DNA of 64,000 nucleotides, from the NCBI RefSeq assembly GCF_001194135.2, contig NC_068983.1, forward strand, positions 99,179,683 to 99,243,682, written 5' to 3'. The notes under the pieces were generated by a model, which searched no databases, was not told the DNA's origin, and saw only the letters and a list, made by a program, of their open reading frames with translations. The DNA is from Octopus bimaculoides (Eukaryota). Numbering within the stretch: the first letter of the stretch is position 1; each line of letters opens with the position of its first letter. The translations under genes were made by a program, and so were the position numbers. This document shows, in pieces, positions 37,386 through 50,488 of the stretch.

Positions 37386-39046
37386 AGTATAATTTCGGAA
37401 TGCTACAAACAAATCTACTGCAGTTTTCTCAGTACTTTCCAGCAAACATGATTAAGGTGTGACTGGAAAACACTAATGACACTTCTTATTTTCATAAAAA
37501 TCCAACCATGATTGTTCAGTAGCCTGCATGTGTGCTCCAGTCATTGGCTCCAAATAACATCCTTGATGGTTCACTGTCACAGCATACATAGACTATAGAT
37601 ACTGCAGTAGACTGCATACTAAAGTAACGCCCAACAGGATCCATGCCAAAGAGATTTCATTGAAATTGTTAACATTCTTTAGTTCTCAACTCTTTGATAA
37701 TGGAGATGATTACAAATGATCATCTCTTTTGAATCTGTCCCCCTTCTTCAGTGATTACTGATATGGCTTTAGAGATCTTTAGAGCCTTAGAGGTCTTTCC
37801 TACATTACGTACCCGTAGTCTCATGCCCTTAAAAACATTGAAAGAAAAGCAATACTCAGAAAAGCAACAAAGCCTTTGCCTGGTGTGAGAATTTGCTGAC
37901 AAAGCTGCCTGCTTCCCTTATAGGTTGAAATTGTCCTTAGTAACATGGATCAATAGTTTTCTGTCAGTTTGTGGCAGTCTGTCTCTCTCTCTCTATTTTT
38001 TTTCACAGAAATAACTGCTATTTTAAAATTTAGTTGACAGTATTAGTATTTTTTTAATATATTTATTGTATTTTTTAATGAAAATTTAAGACTATTCAGC
38101 TGTATTATAGATAAAAGCACAAGTGTGGCTGTGTAGTTAAGAAGCTTGCTTCCCAGTCATGTGGCCTTGGGCTACATCTCATTATGCAGTATCTTAGGTA
38201 AGTGTCTTCTACTAAGCTCTGGGTTGACCAAAGCCTTAAGAGTAGATTTGGTGGATGGAAAGAGTAGATTTGGTGTCTGTGTGTGTCATTTAATATACAC
38301 AATTTAAAAAAGAGCTACTCACGATGTAGAGGTACAATAATTTGGCTGATCTATGTAACATTCCATGTATCTCCAAGCAATCTTTCAAGCTCAGTGTATA
38401 CCATGTGACCTATTTGAAAACCAGGATGCTGATCTATGAGAAAAAAAAAAGAATGAAAAGGAAAATGTGAAGATGGTTAATGCAAAAAATGGAATGAGAA
38501 GAGAAGAAAAGAAAAGTAAGAAGACCAAGATCTTTGTCCCCTTTGTCTATAGAAGTCATAATTAAGCGAGCTGGTGTAGAATAATATAATGGAGAGGAGA
38601 CTAAAGTTTGTGAGATATCTACTCAATTCAGAGAGGATAAAAGAAATTTGTTCATGTGCTTGCATTTGCTAAAAATCTGGAATTAAGTAGTGTGGTAGAA
38701 TTCTTGGATCTAAAAAGAATGTGCAATCATTCATCTATGCATAACTTTCATCTCTTTAATCTATTTATATATGGTACAGATTTCTCCATGATTCTCCACT
38801 TCATTGTATGTGATCTGCAGTTGGTCTTCAGATCCCATACATGGCTAGCCAACCTAGTGGCTTTATTTTTCAGAAAGCGTTGGAAAGAAGACTGATGGTT
38901 TGCATAACGGCTTTTAAAATTACCAAATTATTGTATCTCTACAGCATGAAACTATTATTAGTTCTTTTTAGAATTGTGTATATTAAATAATATTAATCTC
39001 TCACAGGATAGAGTACTTTGTTGATCCTACCTATAATAGAACAGTA

Positions 39047-39084
<38 letters not shown>

Positions 39085-39892
39085 GTGTATGTATGTAGTG
39101 AGTATGTGTGTTTGTGCGTACGCTTGACTTGATATTACATGATGATTATAAACAAGTATCATCGTCAAACAAGCAGTGTTGTTTGTTTCTGGTCTTCTAT
39201 GAAAAACATGTCTAGCAATGGGGAAGTATTACCTTGCTTGGAAGCCGGTGTGGGATAGCAACAGAAAGGACATTAGGCTGTAGAAACTCTGCCTCCACAA
39301 ATTCTGTCCAATACATGCAGGCAAGGAAAAGTGGATGTTAATTAATGTCGATGGTGAGGATGAGGATGATTTTTGTCAGAATGAATTTAATGCTGAGACA
39401 TTATCTTTTATTTCTATTTGAAACAATCCCATTTTATATGCAATCTGAGGAAGTACTACTGAGATTTTAATTTATATCTGTTTTATCCTTCCTGTTCTAT
39501 TTATAAACAGACTATATTGACATTTCTGCGAGTGTGAGTGTTACCATTGTTTCTTTCTCTGTGGGTAGGCTTTTCTCTGTGGGATGTGTTTATGAACCAG
39601 TGTTGAAATCCAGTTGAGTCACTTTTTTATTTTGCTTATACTGCATCACTATATGTCAGTTTGTAGTCAATAATTTACAGAGAAATATGCTTAATTACAT
39701 GGATTTGTCACAGACACACTAAACTCTTTTGATACCAATCTGCCTGAAACCATCTCTGGCTCTGTAGTACAAATGTCTTGTTTTCAAAAGTTCTGAATTA
39801 AAATCTTTCACCAAAACTTAGTCTTAATTTATGTTGCTAACACTAGCTTAATAATAACAAAGTTATTTTATTAGGTTCTTTGTTATATTGAA

Positions 39893-40112
39893 TCCTTTAG
39901 TATTTAAACTGGTCATATCCGGCCCAAATATCTGACCTGTTTTGTTTTCAAACTGACCAGATCTGGCCTGTCACACTTCATCTACAATGTCATTCTAAAA
40001 ATAAACAGTCACATTATTTAAATCTCAAAGCTATAAGATAATATGGGATTAATTAAAAGCAACATGAACAAATAAGCATTGCATTTGACAGAATAATCTG
40101 AATGCTAAAAGG
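39893..40112 (+). mobile_element. 220-bp piggyBac-type MITE, copy 2
   Basis: Colinear with 13853-14072; right end AATGCTAAAAGG|TTAA. Confidence 0.8.
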
Positions 40113-41329
40113 TTAACATTAATTGAAATAAACACAGAGTATCTCAACAGAAATATGGTAACAAGTGGGTTAAAGCTAAAATCTTCACTGATTCCTTAAT
40201 GATCCAACGAAAGCATTTATACTATCATTCAAACCTCATCTATAGCAAATATGTCATGAAACTATGTTCCTGTTTACTCAAATATAATATTTACTTTTCA
40301 AAATATAATATATTATGTAAATACAAAAAAAAAAAGTATTATTCAGTAGCTTTAATTTTACCTCTCGTTATTTAGGTCATATATTATAACCAGGTTAGGA
40401 TTTACTGTGTTATTTATACATCTAAATTAGAATGATTTAGTTATTATTTTATTCATGTACTTACCTTTTGATATACTTGTGGTATGGATTATTAATTATG
40501 ATCAAGTAACTACTTCTGCTTCTCTTAATAAAAAAGAAAAACAAATGTTTTTACTTTTGATAGAAAATAAAAACAGTTTGCTAGTTAAACTTGCTAACAT
40601 ACATTATAAACTTAGTAAGAGGTCTCTATGTACAAAACTGGTTATTAATTTATCGTTGTTTAGCCCTCAACGTAAGTCCGATCTACTAGACCTATGATAA
40701 AAAAATATTGCAACTGTGACCATCCTTTCTTTTAGAATTATGTCTAGAAATACATTGTATAATGTGTTCTTACCTTTTTTTAAGATGGTAGCATATGATT
40801 TCAAGGAAAATTGACTGCTATCTCTAGCAGGTCAAACAACTACATAGGGATTCCTGTGTTTGTTTTATTGGTGTGCTTGTTTGCTGTCACTTAGGTTTCT
40901 ACCAAAGTGATATACCACTTCATCCTGTTAAGTTTTGTATTTCTAATTCTACCGAGAATTATGGTCAAAGTTTGGAATGAATCTGTTAGTAATCTTTCTT
41001 CAGGTAGTTACTAGTATGAGAACGAACTTTTGACTCTATCTTGACCACTTTTTCTTTTTCTTTGTCAATTAAAAATTTATGATTGGTTGCCTTCCAATAT
41101 CTTTGACAAGTTGAATAATAACTGGAATAAATCTAAAAACTTCATGCAATTTGACATGCATGCAGAATTGTTTGTAAAAAAAATTTTTTATACAATTCTT
41201 AATAATATTTAATTATAAAAATACAGTAGGATTTTATTTTTATATACATTGAATGGCTATGGAAGTCCAGTAGAATAAAATAGGAATCAAAGGGGTCTGT
41301 AGGTAAAAAATGGTTTAGAACCACTGGTT

Positions 41330-41780
41330 TAGACAGATCTGCAGTATGCAGTTTTTTCTGTCTTGCTTCAGCTTGTGTATAAGATCTAGTGCCCTACCAA
41401 ACATCACAATTTCTTCCCAAATTTTCCCAAGTCATTCTGCCATAGTTATATGTACCTTCCACTCTTAGCCTATGTCATTTCTTCTCACTCCACAAAGTCT
41501 GCTCTCTTGGCTTGGTTGTATCTTTGCCTTTCAAGTTAACATCACATATCCCACATATCATTGCTATCGCATCTCTCTATCTAATTTTTTCAGACATTCT
41601 ACATTCAATACCCATATCTCAAGACCATACATCACACTCTTCATATGCTTCACACCATCTTTAACGCAGTGAGAAACTTGTTGTTAACTGAGGCAACAGA
41701 TTCCTATACTTTCCACTTCTTTCTCTAGCCCTTATACTTTCTGCCCAGCCACTTCCAGTAGTAAGTGATTCAGCTCAGTA
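41330..41780 (-). mobile_element. Decayed RTE-type LINE 3' remnant
   Basis: Minus translation resembles L.VEG...GR...TW.E.....D. Heavily degenerate. Confidence 0.45.
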
Positions 41781-43883
41781 ACAAGTTCTCAATGTACATC
41801 TAATGAATGGTTCATGGACTATATTTCACATATACCTTTACTGCTAGCTACATAGCAAGTATATTTGAAGTCTTGGCTCACTGTGAGAGTGCTGGAGATA
41901 ATATTCCATCTTTTGTGTATCCATTGAGTATAAAGCATTAACTTCCTATATACGCTGTTCATATATATCAAGCAAAATCACTTGGCAGATGGTATTAGAA
42001 TTTTGCGTTCTTTGTTTATTACTAACTAGCAGTTTGATCTTTGTTAACCCAATATCCTAAAGTTCATGTTGACCTTTTTTATTATGTCTGAACTCAAGAC
42101 TATTCTTTCAAGGTTTGGAACTTTCTGTGCAAGTTTTCGACATTTTGCGACAAGTATTAGATTTGGAATTTGAATTAGCAATTTGTTTGGTCTTATTGAA
42201 TAGTTTCCCAGGAGTTTATAGTCTGATGCTTTCAGTGATATATTAAGTGGAAGAATGAAAAGGTGAAGAGGATAGAAACCACTTTAGTCTGGCATTAGGA
42301 ATAAACTTGCTTAATAGTTGAACATTTGATACCTGAAAAAGTCATTGGTTTATTAATAAAATTATCAGAGGGCAATGAAATAAAATAAAATAGACTAGGA
42401 TTTTTATTTTGCTTTTCCAACAAGAAAAATCTAGTGAATATCCAATTTTTTAAATAAAATAGGAAAAAAATATAGTGTTTTGGAATTGGAAAATAAAATT
42501 TTCTTTTAGATAATAATAATTTACCATTTCAGATATTTGTAATATTTTTCAGGATACCTAATTGCTTAACCATTATAATATTTGTTTTGCTGACTCATTG
42601 CATTATTTCTTACATATTTTAAACTTTTAGTGTTTAAGCACACCCAAATATTTTCTTAAATTTTGAATATTTGGCTAAGGAAAGAAAGTAAATAGATTGT
42701 AATTAAAAATATACTGATAGACATCTTGTTGGCATTCTGCTGTTTTTAAAAATGTACACTTTGTATTTAAGGAAAATAATTATGAAGAGTTTAGGGCAAT
42801 TTCTTTCTTTCTGCAATGATAATGATAATAATAACAATAATAATGATAATAATAATAATAATAATAATAAATTGTCAGAATCATTAGCATGCTGGCAAAA
42901 TATTTAGCGGCATTTTGTCTGTCCTTATGAGCTGAGTTCAAATTCTGCTGTGGTTGACTTAGCCTTTCATCCTTTCAGGGTTGATAAATTAAATACCAGT
43001 GAAACACTGGGATCGATATAATCAACTAGTCTCCTCCCCGAAAATTTCAAGCCTTGTGCCTTTATAGAAAGGATTATTATTATATGATTTTATATGGAAG
43101 TGTACTAAATTGTACTTTTTTAGTGGTACTACTTTATTGAAATTAAAACTTGAAGCAATGATTTAGAGATTTGCGATACAATGTGCAGCTTTCATACTTT
43201 CAGGCTACTGGATATGTAAGAAAAGTAAGTTATTTTAAGTTTAGAAATTTGAGTTAAATTGCTATAACAGACCATTCTATATTTTATACTTCAATTCACT
43301 TTATGGTTTGAAATGTTAACCCAATCTTCTTGTATTTTTATTTATTCTACATCATTAAATTTCAGTTGGTATAATATTTACAAATTAGTACAATTGTTTT
43401 CAGGTGCCTTGTTTCTTATCTCATCTCTATCATAACCAACATATTATGCAGAAGTCAGCGATGAGATTTTCACTTATTACAACACTTACTGCTTATTAAC
43501 ATTTATTAACCAGCTATCATTTCCTGACATACTAATGTAATAAATATAAATGGCTGTCAGAATATTTGTGTATTGAAACCTAAAACTTGCATATACTCAC
43601 TCAGAAGTGTAAGGTAAAGCCCCTACAATAGGGTTGAACTGATCAAAATCTGGTGTTAAGACTGTTATTTTCTTTCTCTTTTTTTGTTCCTTATAATCTT
43701 TTCACTGGGGACGGTGAAAAATGGAAATGTTATCTATAAGACTTTTGAAAGACATGTATCAGTAAGTCAAAACATTGATGTTTTCATAAATCAGTTCCTT
43801 TGGAACAGTCCTCACTATTTTTCATGCTAGACAATTTTCCCTTAGACTGGGGGATCATGTGTGTATCAAAACACAATAAAGAA

Positions 43884-43927
<44 letters not shown>

Positions 43928-44059
43928 NNNNNNNNNNNNNNNNNNNNNNNNNNNNNNNNNNNNNNNNNNNNNNNNNNNNATATATAATGCAAAAAAAGCC
44001 CCACCCTACTCACTGTGATAGTGAAATAGAGATAAAATTTTAAGATTTATTCTCTCTGT

Positions 44060-44121
44060 GTAGCCTGGTACCAAATGATGTATGGCCCATTACTGGTCCG
44101 TGGCCCAGTGGTTGAAGACTC
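44060..44121 (+). mobile_element. hAT-Charlie-type 3' terminus
   Basis: ACTGGTCCGTGGCCCAGTGGTTGAAGACTCCTG|CTTTAGA resembles the MER1-type 3' end (GGTCCGTGGCCCGGGGGTTGGGGACCCCTG) with a typical Charlie target. Confidence 0.55.
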
Positions 44122-45244
44122 CTGCTTTAGAATATTTACCTTATTAAATTTCAGGAATATTAAAGGCACAAAGCTAAGAAATTTGACTGTTGGCTACCTC
44201 ATCATAATTCCAAATCTTATTATAAATGTTGTTATATATTGAACATAATCAGCATTTTGCTTGTTTTAGGCAACCCTGTTGGGATAAGTCCCGTTCCTGA
44301 TTTATGGTTGCATGAATTTTAGTAAGAAGGGTATCAGTCTGTAAAAATGATTTATTCAGTTGCAGAAGCTGTCCTGTCTTATGTAGATTACAAATTGGCG
44401 AATATAAGTGAAATGTCACTCCTTAGCTGATTGCTTAGAGACTGCATGATGAATGATCACTGTTTCAATTAGATCTCATTAATAATTGTTTCTAATATTA
44501 CTGAAAAGAAGAAGAAAAAAAAATAACCTTCTTAAATGCATTCAATGTTTGCAAACTAACAGACCATGCTCTATGAAACCAGTTCAGGCTGGTGCTAGCA
44601 AACAGGTTTGTAAATAAATGAGGCATTGAAGAACAGTAGGAACTATGGAAAAGAAAGTGGCATTATTGAATATACAAAAGAAACTATAGAGTGAAGGTGA
44701 GGAATGTGCAAGGAATGGGGTTTAATTGACAATAGAAAGGAGAGTGAGGACTAGTGAAGTAAACTTTACCTGAGAGAAGTGACAGAAAAAAAATAAATAA
44801 ATGAGACTGGCTCCTGACATGATGTAGGCAAAACAAACAAAATAGCTGCAAGTAAAGAAGTGAAGGTTAATGCTGCTACTTAAAGATACTTATTTATTTT
44901 ATGGGGGGAAACTCACTAAGTGTGAAGTTCTAACTTCTTAGAGGAGAGTAAGATGAAAATGTTATCTATAAGAGATTTGATAGATATGTATCAAGGATAT
45001 CAATGCATTGGTGTTTTCATAAATTATTTCCTTAGAATATTTACTTTATTTAATAAATTTCATATCTATTAATGGCACACAAGCAAATGATGGAGTGTGA
45101 TTCATGGATCCAATACTCCAGTACACCATAACTTTGATTAAAGGCCACTTTGTGCATGTCAGCAGTCAATGGTTCATCATGTAGGTGGCAGTGTGACAGT
45201 TTGAGAATGCTGCATGTTTTTCATTGTCTTATCTGTTCTAGTTG

Positions 45245-45730
45245 TGAGAATGCATGGTCTAGTAGTTAGGGTGTTGCATTCACAATTGCGAGATCGTGGT
45301 TTCAATTCCTAGACCAAGTGGTGTGTTGTGTTTTTGAATGAAATACTTCATCTCACGTTGCTCTGTCATCATTTCAACATCTGACGTGTGGCACACTTGT
45401 GCACCTGTTCAGACAACATCAATTTGATGGAAGGTGTAAGCTAACGTACAGCACATACATTTGATCACTATAAACAAATAAAGCTGAACACTCATACATT
45501 GCCTTCAACAGAATAGTTCATTATCTGTTCTAGTAGTGGCCAGAAGAGCAACAGATGAGATGAATTTGAGCAGAGTGTGACAGTTGATTTTCTTTAATGC
45601 TTGTTTTAGGTTATTTGTAGTGAAGGTGCATGGGTCTAGTGGTCAGGGTGTTGCACTCATGATTGCAAGATCATGGTTTTGATTCCTAGACAGAGTGGTG
45701 CATTGTGTTCTTGGGCAAAACACAGCCCTC
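45245..45730 (+). mobile_element. Two family C SINEs (45245-45485 and ~45620-45730)
   Basis: Shared head GCATGG.CTAGT.GT.AGGGTGTTGCA.TCA.GATTGC.AGATC.TGGTTT. Confidence 0.8.
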
Positions 45731-48700
45731 AGCTGTAAATGAGTTATCTTGTAATGGATTAGTGTTTTGTTTAGGAGGAATGTTGTGATCTTGGTCACTT
45801 ACATGTAATGGAAACCGGGTCACCAGCCCAATGAGTTCTAGAACTTGAGGCAGTAGTGTCCAGGTGTTAACTTTGGACTATTTGTATCCCAGTAGACTAT
45901 GGAGATTGTAAAATTATTGATTTGTTAGTAGTAACAAAGTTCCCTCAAACAAACTCTTTACCTCAGTTTAAATAAAAGAGAGACATGAATCACAGTATGT
46001 AGGATATTTCTCAGTTTTTAAGCAGCTGGTACATAAACAAAATATTTATGATGAAGGAAATTGTACTACAAATACTAAACGTCTATCTTGAAGATACTAG
46101 ATATCATAAGGAAAATATTGGAAAGAAAACCAACATACTCAGGAGCTGAAGAGTTATCTGCTGCTAGGTTAGATCAAGCTGGTTGTGAGAAAAGCACATG
46201 TTACAGGCCCTGCTTTTCTTAAAGCCTGCACTAAGTATTTACAAGCTGTCAATTCTGATTTAGTGAGCCTGCACATACTATATTACTAGAGTACTATTCT
46301 GCCTTTATTAATGGTTGTGTATTTAAGATTGGTCCAATACTTGGAACACTTTCGAGACCTAATATAACTAAATTGAATGGTAACAATAAATGAGCACACT
46401 TCATTTTTGTTGGATCCTAATTAATAGACTTGCTATTGTATTTCTCTGTTTCAGTATATTGAATTCATCGTAGAATAATTAAACCTGCTAATTATTTTTC
46501 TCAGAAATAAAACTGACTGAACAAATCAGATTATTACTAATATATTACAGACATTGTAATGCTGACCATCCCCAATAAACCAAATAGGTAATTTTGACCA
46601 GGTAATAAACATATTATAATTCATATAGTTTCTACTTTAATTACATACCTTTGAGCAAAACTATAGTACTAATAACTGTTTAAAATTAGACCACAAAAAC
46701 GAACTAATGTTATATTAAGGTTGTGGGTTGTGTATCAGAAGAAAATATTTAGCCTGTGCATATTAATTGCTTAAGTAAGAATGCTATATATTAGCAAATT
46801 TGTGCAATGGTTGTAACATGTAAGCTTTCTGTTTTTAGGTTTGGCTTGAAATGGAATCAGTGTCTATAGACCTATTCATATTTACTGCAGCATAATTTTT
46901 AGTTTGAGGCATTATCATAAATATTGTTGGCATCAGTATACAAAAGAGAATTGATTAGTAGGGAATTATTTGTTGATTTCTGGCATATCAAGGTATTGGT
47001 GGCTACTAGATATTCATTAATAAACGTTGTTTCACTTTGGATTGCCTGTTCAAACATGTTATACATTTCCTGAAGCTTCATTTGGATTTTTGTAAAAGTG
47101 GAAACCATGGTGTGGGAGGGAATATTGACAAAAGCTACTATGTTTAAGCCATCATCTTCCAGTGTACTTCTAAATATCTCAAACATGGGTTCCTTGTATT
47201 TGTTTCGATCTTCCTACCTCATGCTAACTTATCTAAAGACATTAACTCACCAAATATGTAGTTTAGAACCATAAATTTATTTATAATTCAACTCTGCAGA
47301 GGAATACACATCTAGCAAACTAACCAGCTTTATTCTCTCTCATGTGCTTGTTGAACTGTATGCACTGGTCCTTCAAATAAGCTGTTGTATTTATTAAAAT
47401 GAATAATTGTAATTTTATAAAATAACTAGGTTTTGGTTTAAATAAAAACAAAAAATATATCTAGGTTTTATTATTTTTTTTTGTGGTCCCCCCTCCCCCC
47501 AAAATGTAATACATATAGTTATCATATTTCTCAGAAAGCAAATGAAAACTATTCTGCTTCTTATTCAAGGTTATGACTTCAGGAAGTTCATCAAAGTTTA
47601 GTGGAGAGGGGTTTAATATCTGGAAAATGCCAGTAATATGTGAAGTTAACATAAAGTTTCTCACATAGACACACATTAATTTCACTATGGATGCACATAA
47701 ACAAAGATGGATGTGTCAATTCCTCTACTTATGGAAGAAATTGACACTGAATACAACCATTAAAGCACATTTCTAGAGTGAATAATTGAAGTTATAATGT
47801 TATTAGTAGGAATAAGGTGTTTCAGTGTATGATGACGATGAAGTTATTAACTCTCCTCACAACGAAAATTATTTGGGGTTGTTAGAATGACTGGCCAAGT
47901 TTGGTCCCTTTCAAAAGATTTATTTATGCTAAATGTAGAAAAATTTAAAATTGTAGTTTATTATACAATTAAAAAAAAATTGGGTTTTAATATTTCTGTA
48001 ATATTTTTGTTTAAATCTAGAACTCCTTTATAACATAAGCTCTTGGCCCTACTGTAGCCTGAGCTGTGGTTATTCATCAATACTAAGTAAAACTAGCTGC
48101 TTCAAGTAATAGAATTAAGTGTTCTAGGAAAGTTAACAAAAAAAAGCAGGGCTGTGGAAATGGTACATAGAACTTGCAACTCTGACTCAAGTTTCTCTGC
48201 TTGCAGACTAATTATATTTCTCATATTCAGTGAAAACTTGAATCATACTTTTTCTAGCACTCTAATCTGTTTAAAGTTTGGGTTTAAAGGCTATAATTAG
48301 TCCAGTTTGACTCTTTTATGTTAAGTAAAAAATTGCTAACAAATTGTTAGCATAATACAAAACTTACGAAATTAGCTAACAGGGTTGATTTTTCCCAGAA
48401 CTTGTAAACAGGTATAAAGAAATAAACTTTAAAAATACTATCAAAAGAAAATCAAGGGAATCTTTCTTTACTTGTTCAAACATTTAAAATACATCAAAGT
48501 TAAAACTATTGTGTTAGAATGCCTAACACAATTTAACAAATGACCATTTATAAAGAAATAAGTCCATTTAGATACATAGCTTTTCTTAAAGCATTGTTTG
48601 GTTATAAAATTTCAGTGAATGTTAATGAAATAAAAATTATGTTGTATTAATGAAATATTGTACCTATAGCTGTTAAATCAAACATTCAAATAAAAAATTT

Positions 48701-50268
48701 ACAAACAGAATTCTTAGAAATACAATTACTTCTACCAGATCCTCCTTCACAAGAAGGTCTTAGATTTGATTTGGTTATTTCAGTCAAATTAGTATCTGTG
48801 AGAATGGACAATTTAATGTTTTATATAACAATTTACATTTAGTTGAAATAGAATTTCTACATTTTTACTTACTCTGACTTCACAGCCCTACAAAGATCTT
48901 GCTGAGTAGAGCAATTAGACAGGGGCTATCATTCCAACTTTCTGTTTCTCTAAAGATTGTCTATTTTTAGATTTGGAACCCTATTTGTGTGCTCATTGCT
49001 CTCATTTGTGAGTTGAAAATTATGTTAAGGATATGAAATAAAATACGGCAGACAGTAGCAGTAGAAAAGCAAGGTGAGGAGACAGCATGTCTGTAGTCCA
49101 GGGGTTGAGTGTGTTGGTATGCTATGTACACCACACAAAATTTACCAGTCTCAGAAAGTCTGTTAAACTCATGAGCCTAGCTCAATTTTATGACTAAGCT
49201 TTAAAATATGTCAGTTGTTGCGCAAATAATAACATATGCCATTGAAACTTGCAAACAAACCACTTAAGCTTTGTGGCTGGATGTATTTTAACAGTAGTGT
49301 CTCATATAATAAAACGTGTCTTAATTGAGGTAATGCTTCAAAGAATCTAAGTACAGACTTCTGGAGGTATATGTACAGAAAATAGCTTAAGTTTTATTGA
49401 ACATGTCTAAGTGTATGTATTTGGTGTAGTACCTTCATACAAGAGAGAAATGGATATTTCACAGAATCACAATATATTTATAGAATAAGAAGAAAAAGAA
49501 ATATTGCTTTTTTTTAAAAACTTAGTGTAAGGAGGTGTAGTAACTTTCTGACCTTTATAGTTCCCTCAGATTAATGGGTTTGATATCTGTAGAGAAAACC
49601 TGGATAGAGGATGAGTACCAGTGGCTTTTAGTGCTTGGGAGAAAATATTAAGGAAAGTGTTTAGTGTAAATTTGATGTGTTGCAGAATTTTGGGAATGCA
49701 AAGTGGTGGAGAAACACTGCTTCTCTAATGGCTGAGCATCTTCTTGAGAACCAGAAGTTTTGGATTACCTGTGTAATATCTAATAGCCATTATGTTGTAT
49801 AGTTTTATAACCTTTTCATTATGCTCTGAAATAAGGCATTAATCTACTGGCTCCTTTTTGTAGCAATAGGAAGGGAACTTTATTTATTAATGATATTTAT
49901 TTATTGTATATCACAGTTGATGAATAATAGCGGTGTTGATTACAGGTTTTTAACACCTAAATTACTGGTTCATTACATTTCTGACAGTGATAGTAACATG
50001 GGATTATCTGTAACTCAATGCAGAACAAATGTCACAGGAGATGTTGTTCATAAAGCACAGTTTTTCTGTTTTCTCAGTGATGTATATTAGTGGAAGATAT
50101 ACATGCATACACACACACATACACACAATGGATTTCCATACAGATTTTACTTACCAAATTTCACTTAAAGAATTAGTCAACCTGAGGCTATGGTTGAAGG
50201 CACTTGCACAAAGTGCCATGTGGTGGAATTGTACCTAGAATCACATGGTTGTGAAATGGACTTCTTAA

Positions 50269-50488
50269 CTTTTTAGTGCTTATAACAACCATATCTGGCT
50301 CAAATATTCTACCTGTCTTATGTTCAAACCGGCTAGCTTTAGCCTTTCACATCTACCCTACAATGTCAATCTAAAAATAAACAACCATGTCATTGAAATC
50401 TCTAAGCTACAAGATAATGCATAATTAATTCAACACAATGTGAATAAATAAGGATTACTTTTGACAGAGTAATCTGAATGCTAAAAGG
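50269..50488 (+). mobile_element. 220-bp piggyBac-type MITE, copy 3, at the head of a minus-strand family A SINE
   Basis: TTAA on both sides; colinear with copy 1. Confidence 0.8.

Noticed and set aside
44270-44321. Exon-like blocks 44270-44321 (GNPVGISPVPDLWLHEF) and ~48971-49007
   Set aside because: The first is phase-incompatible with RhoGAP exon 1. The second is phase-compatible but unrelated to the expected AEKTEVL sequence. No homology was recognised.
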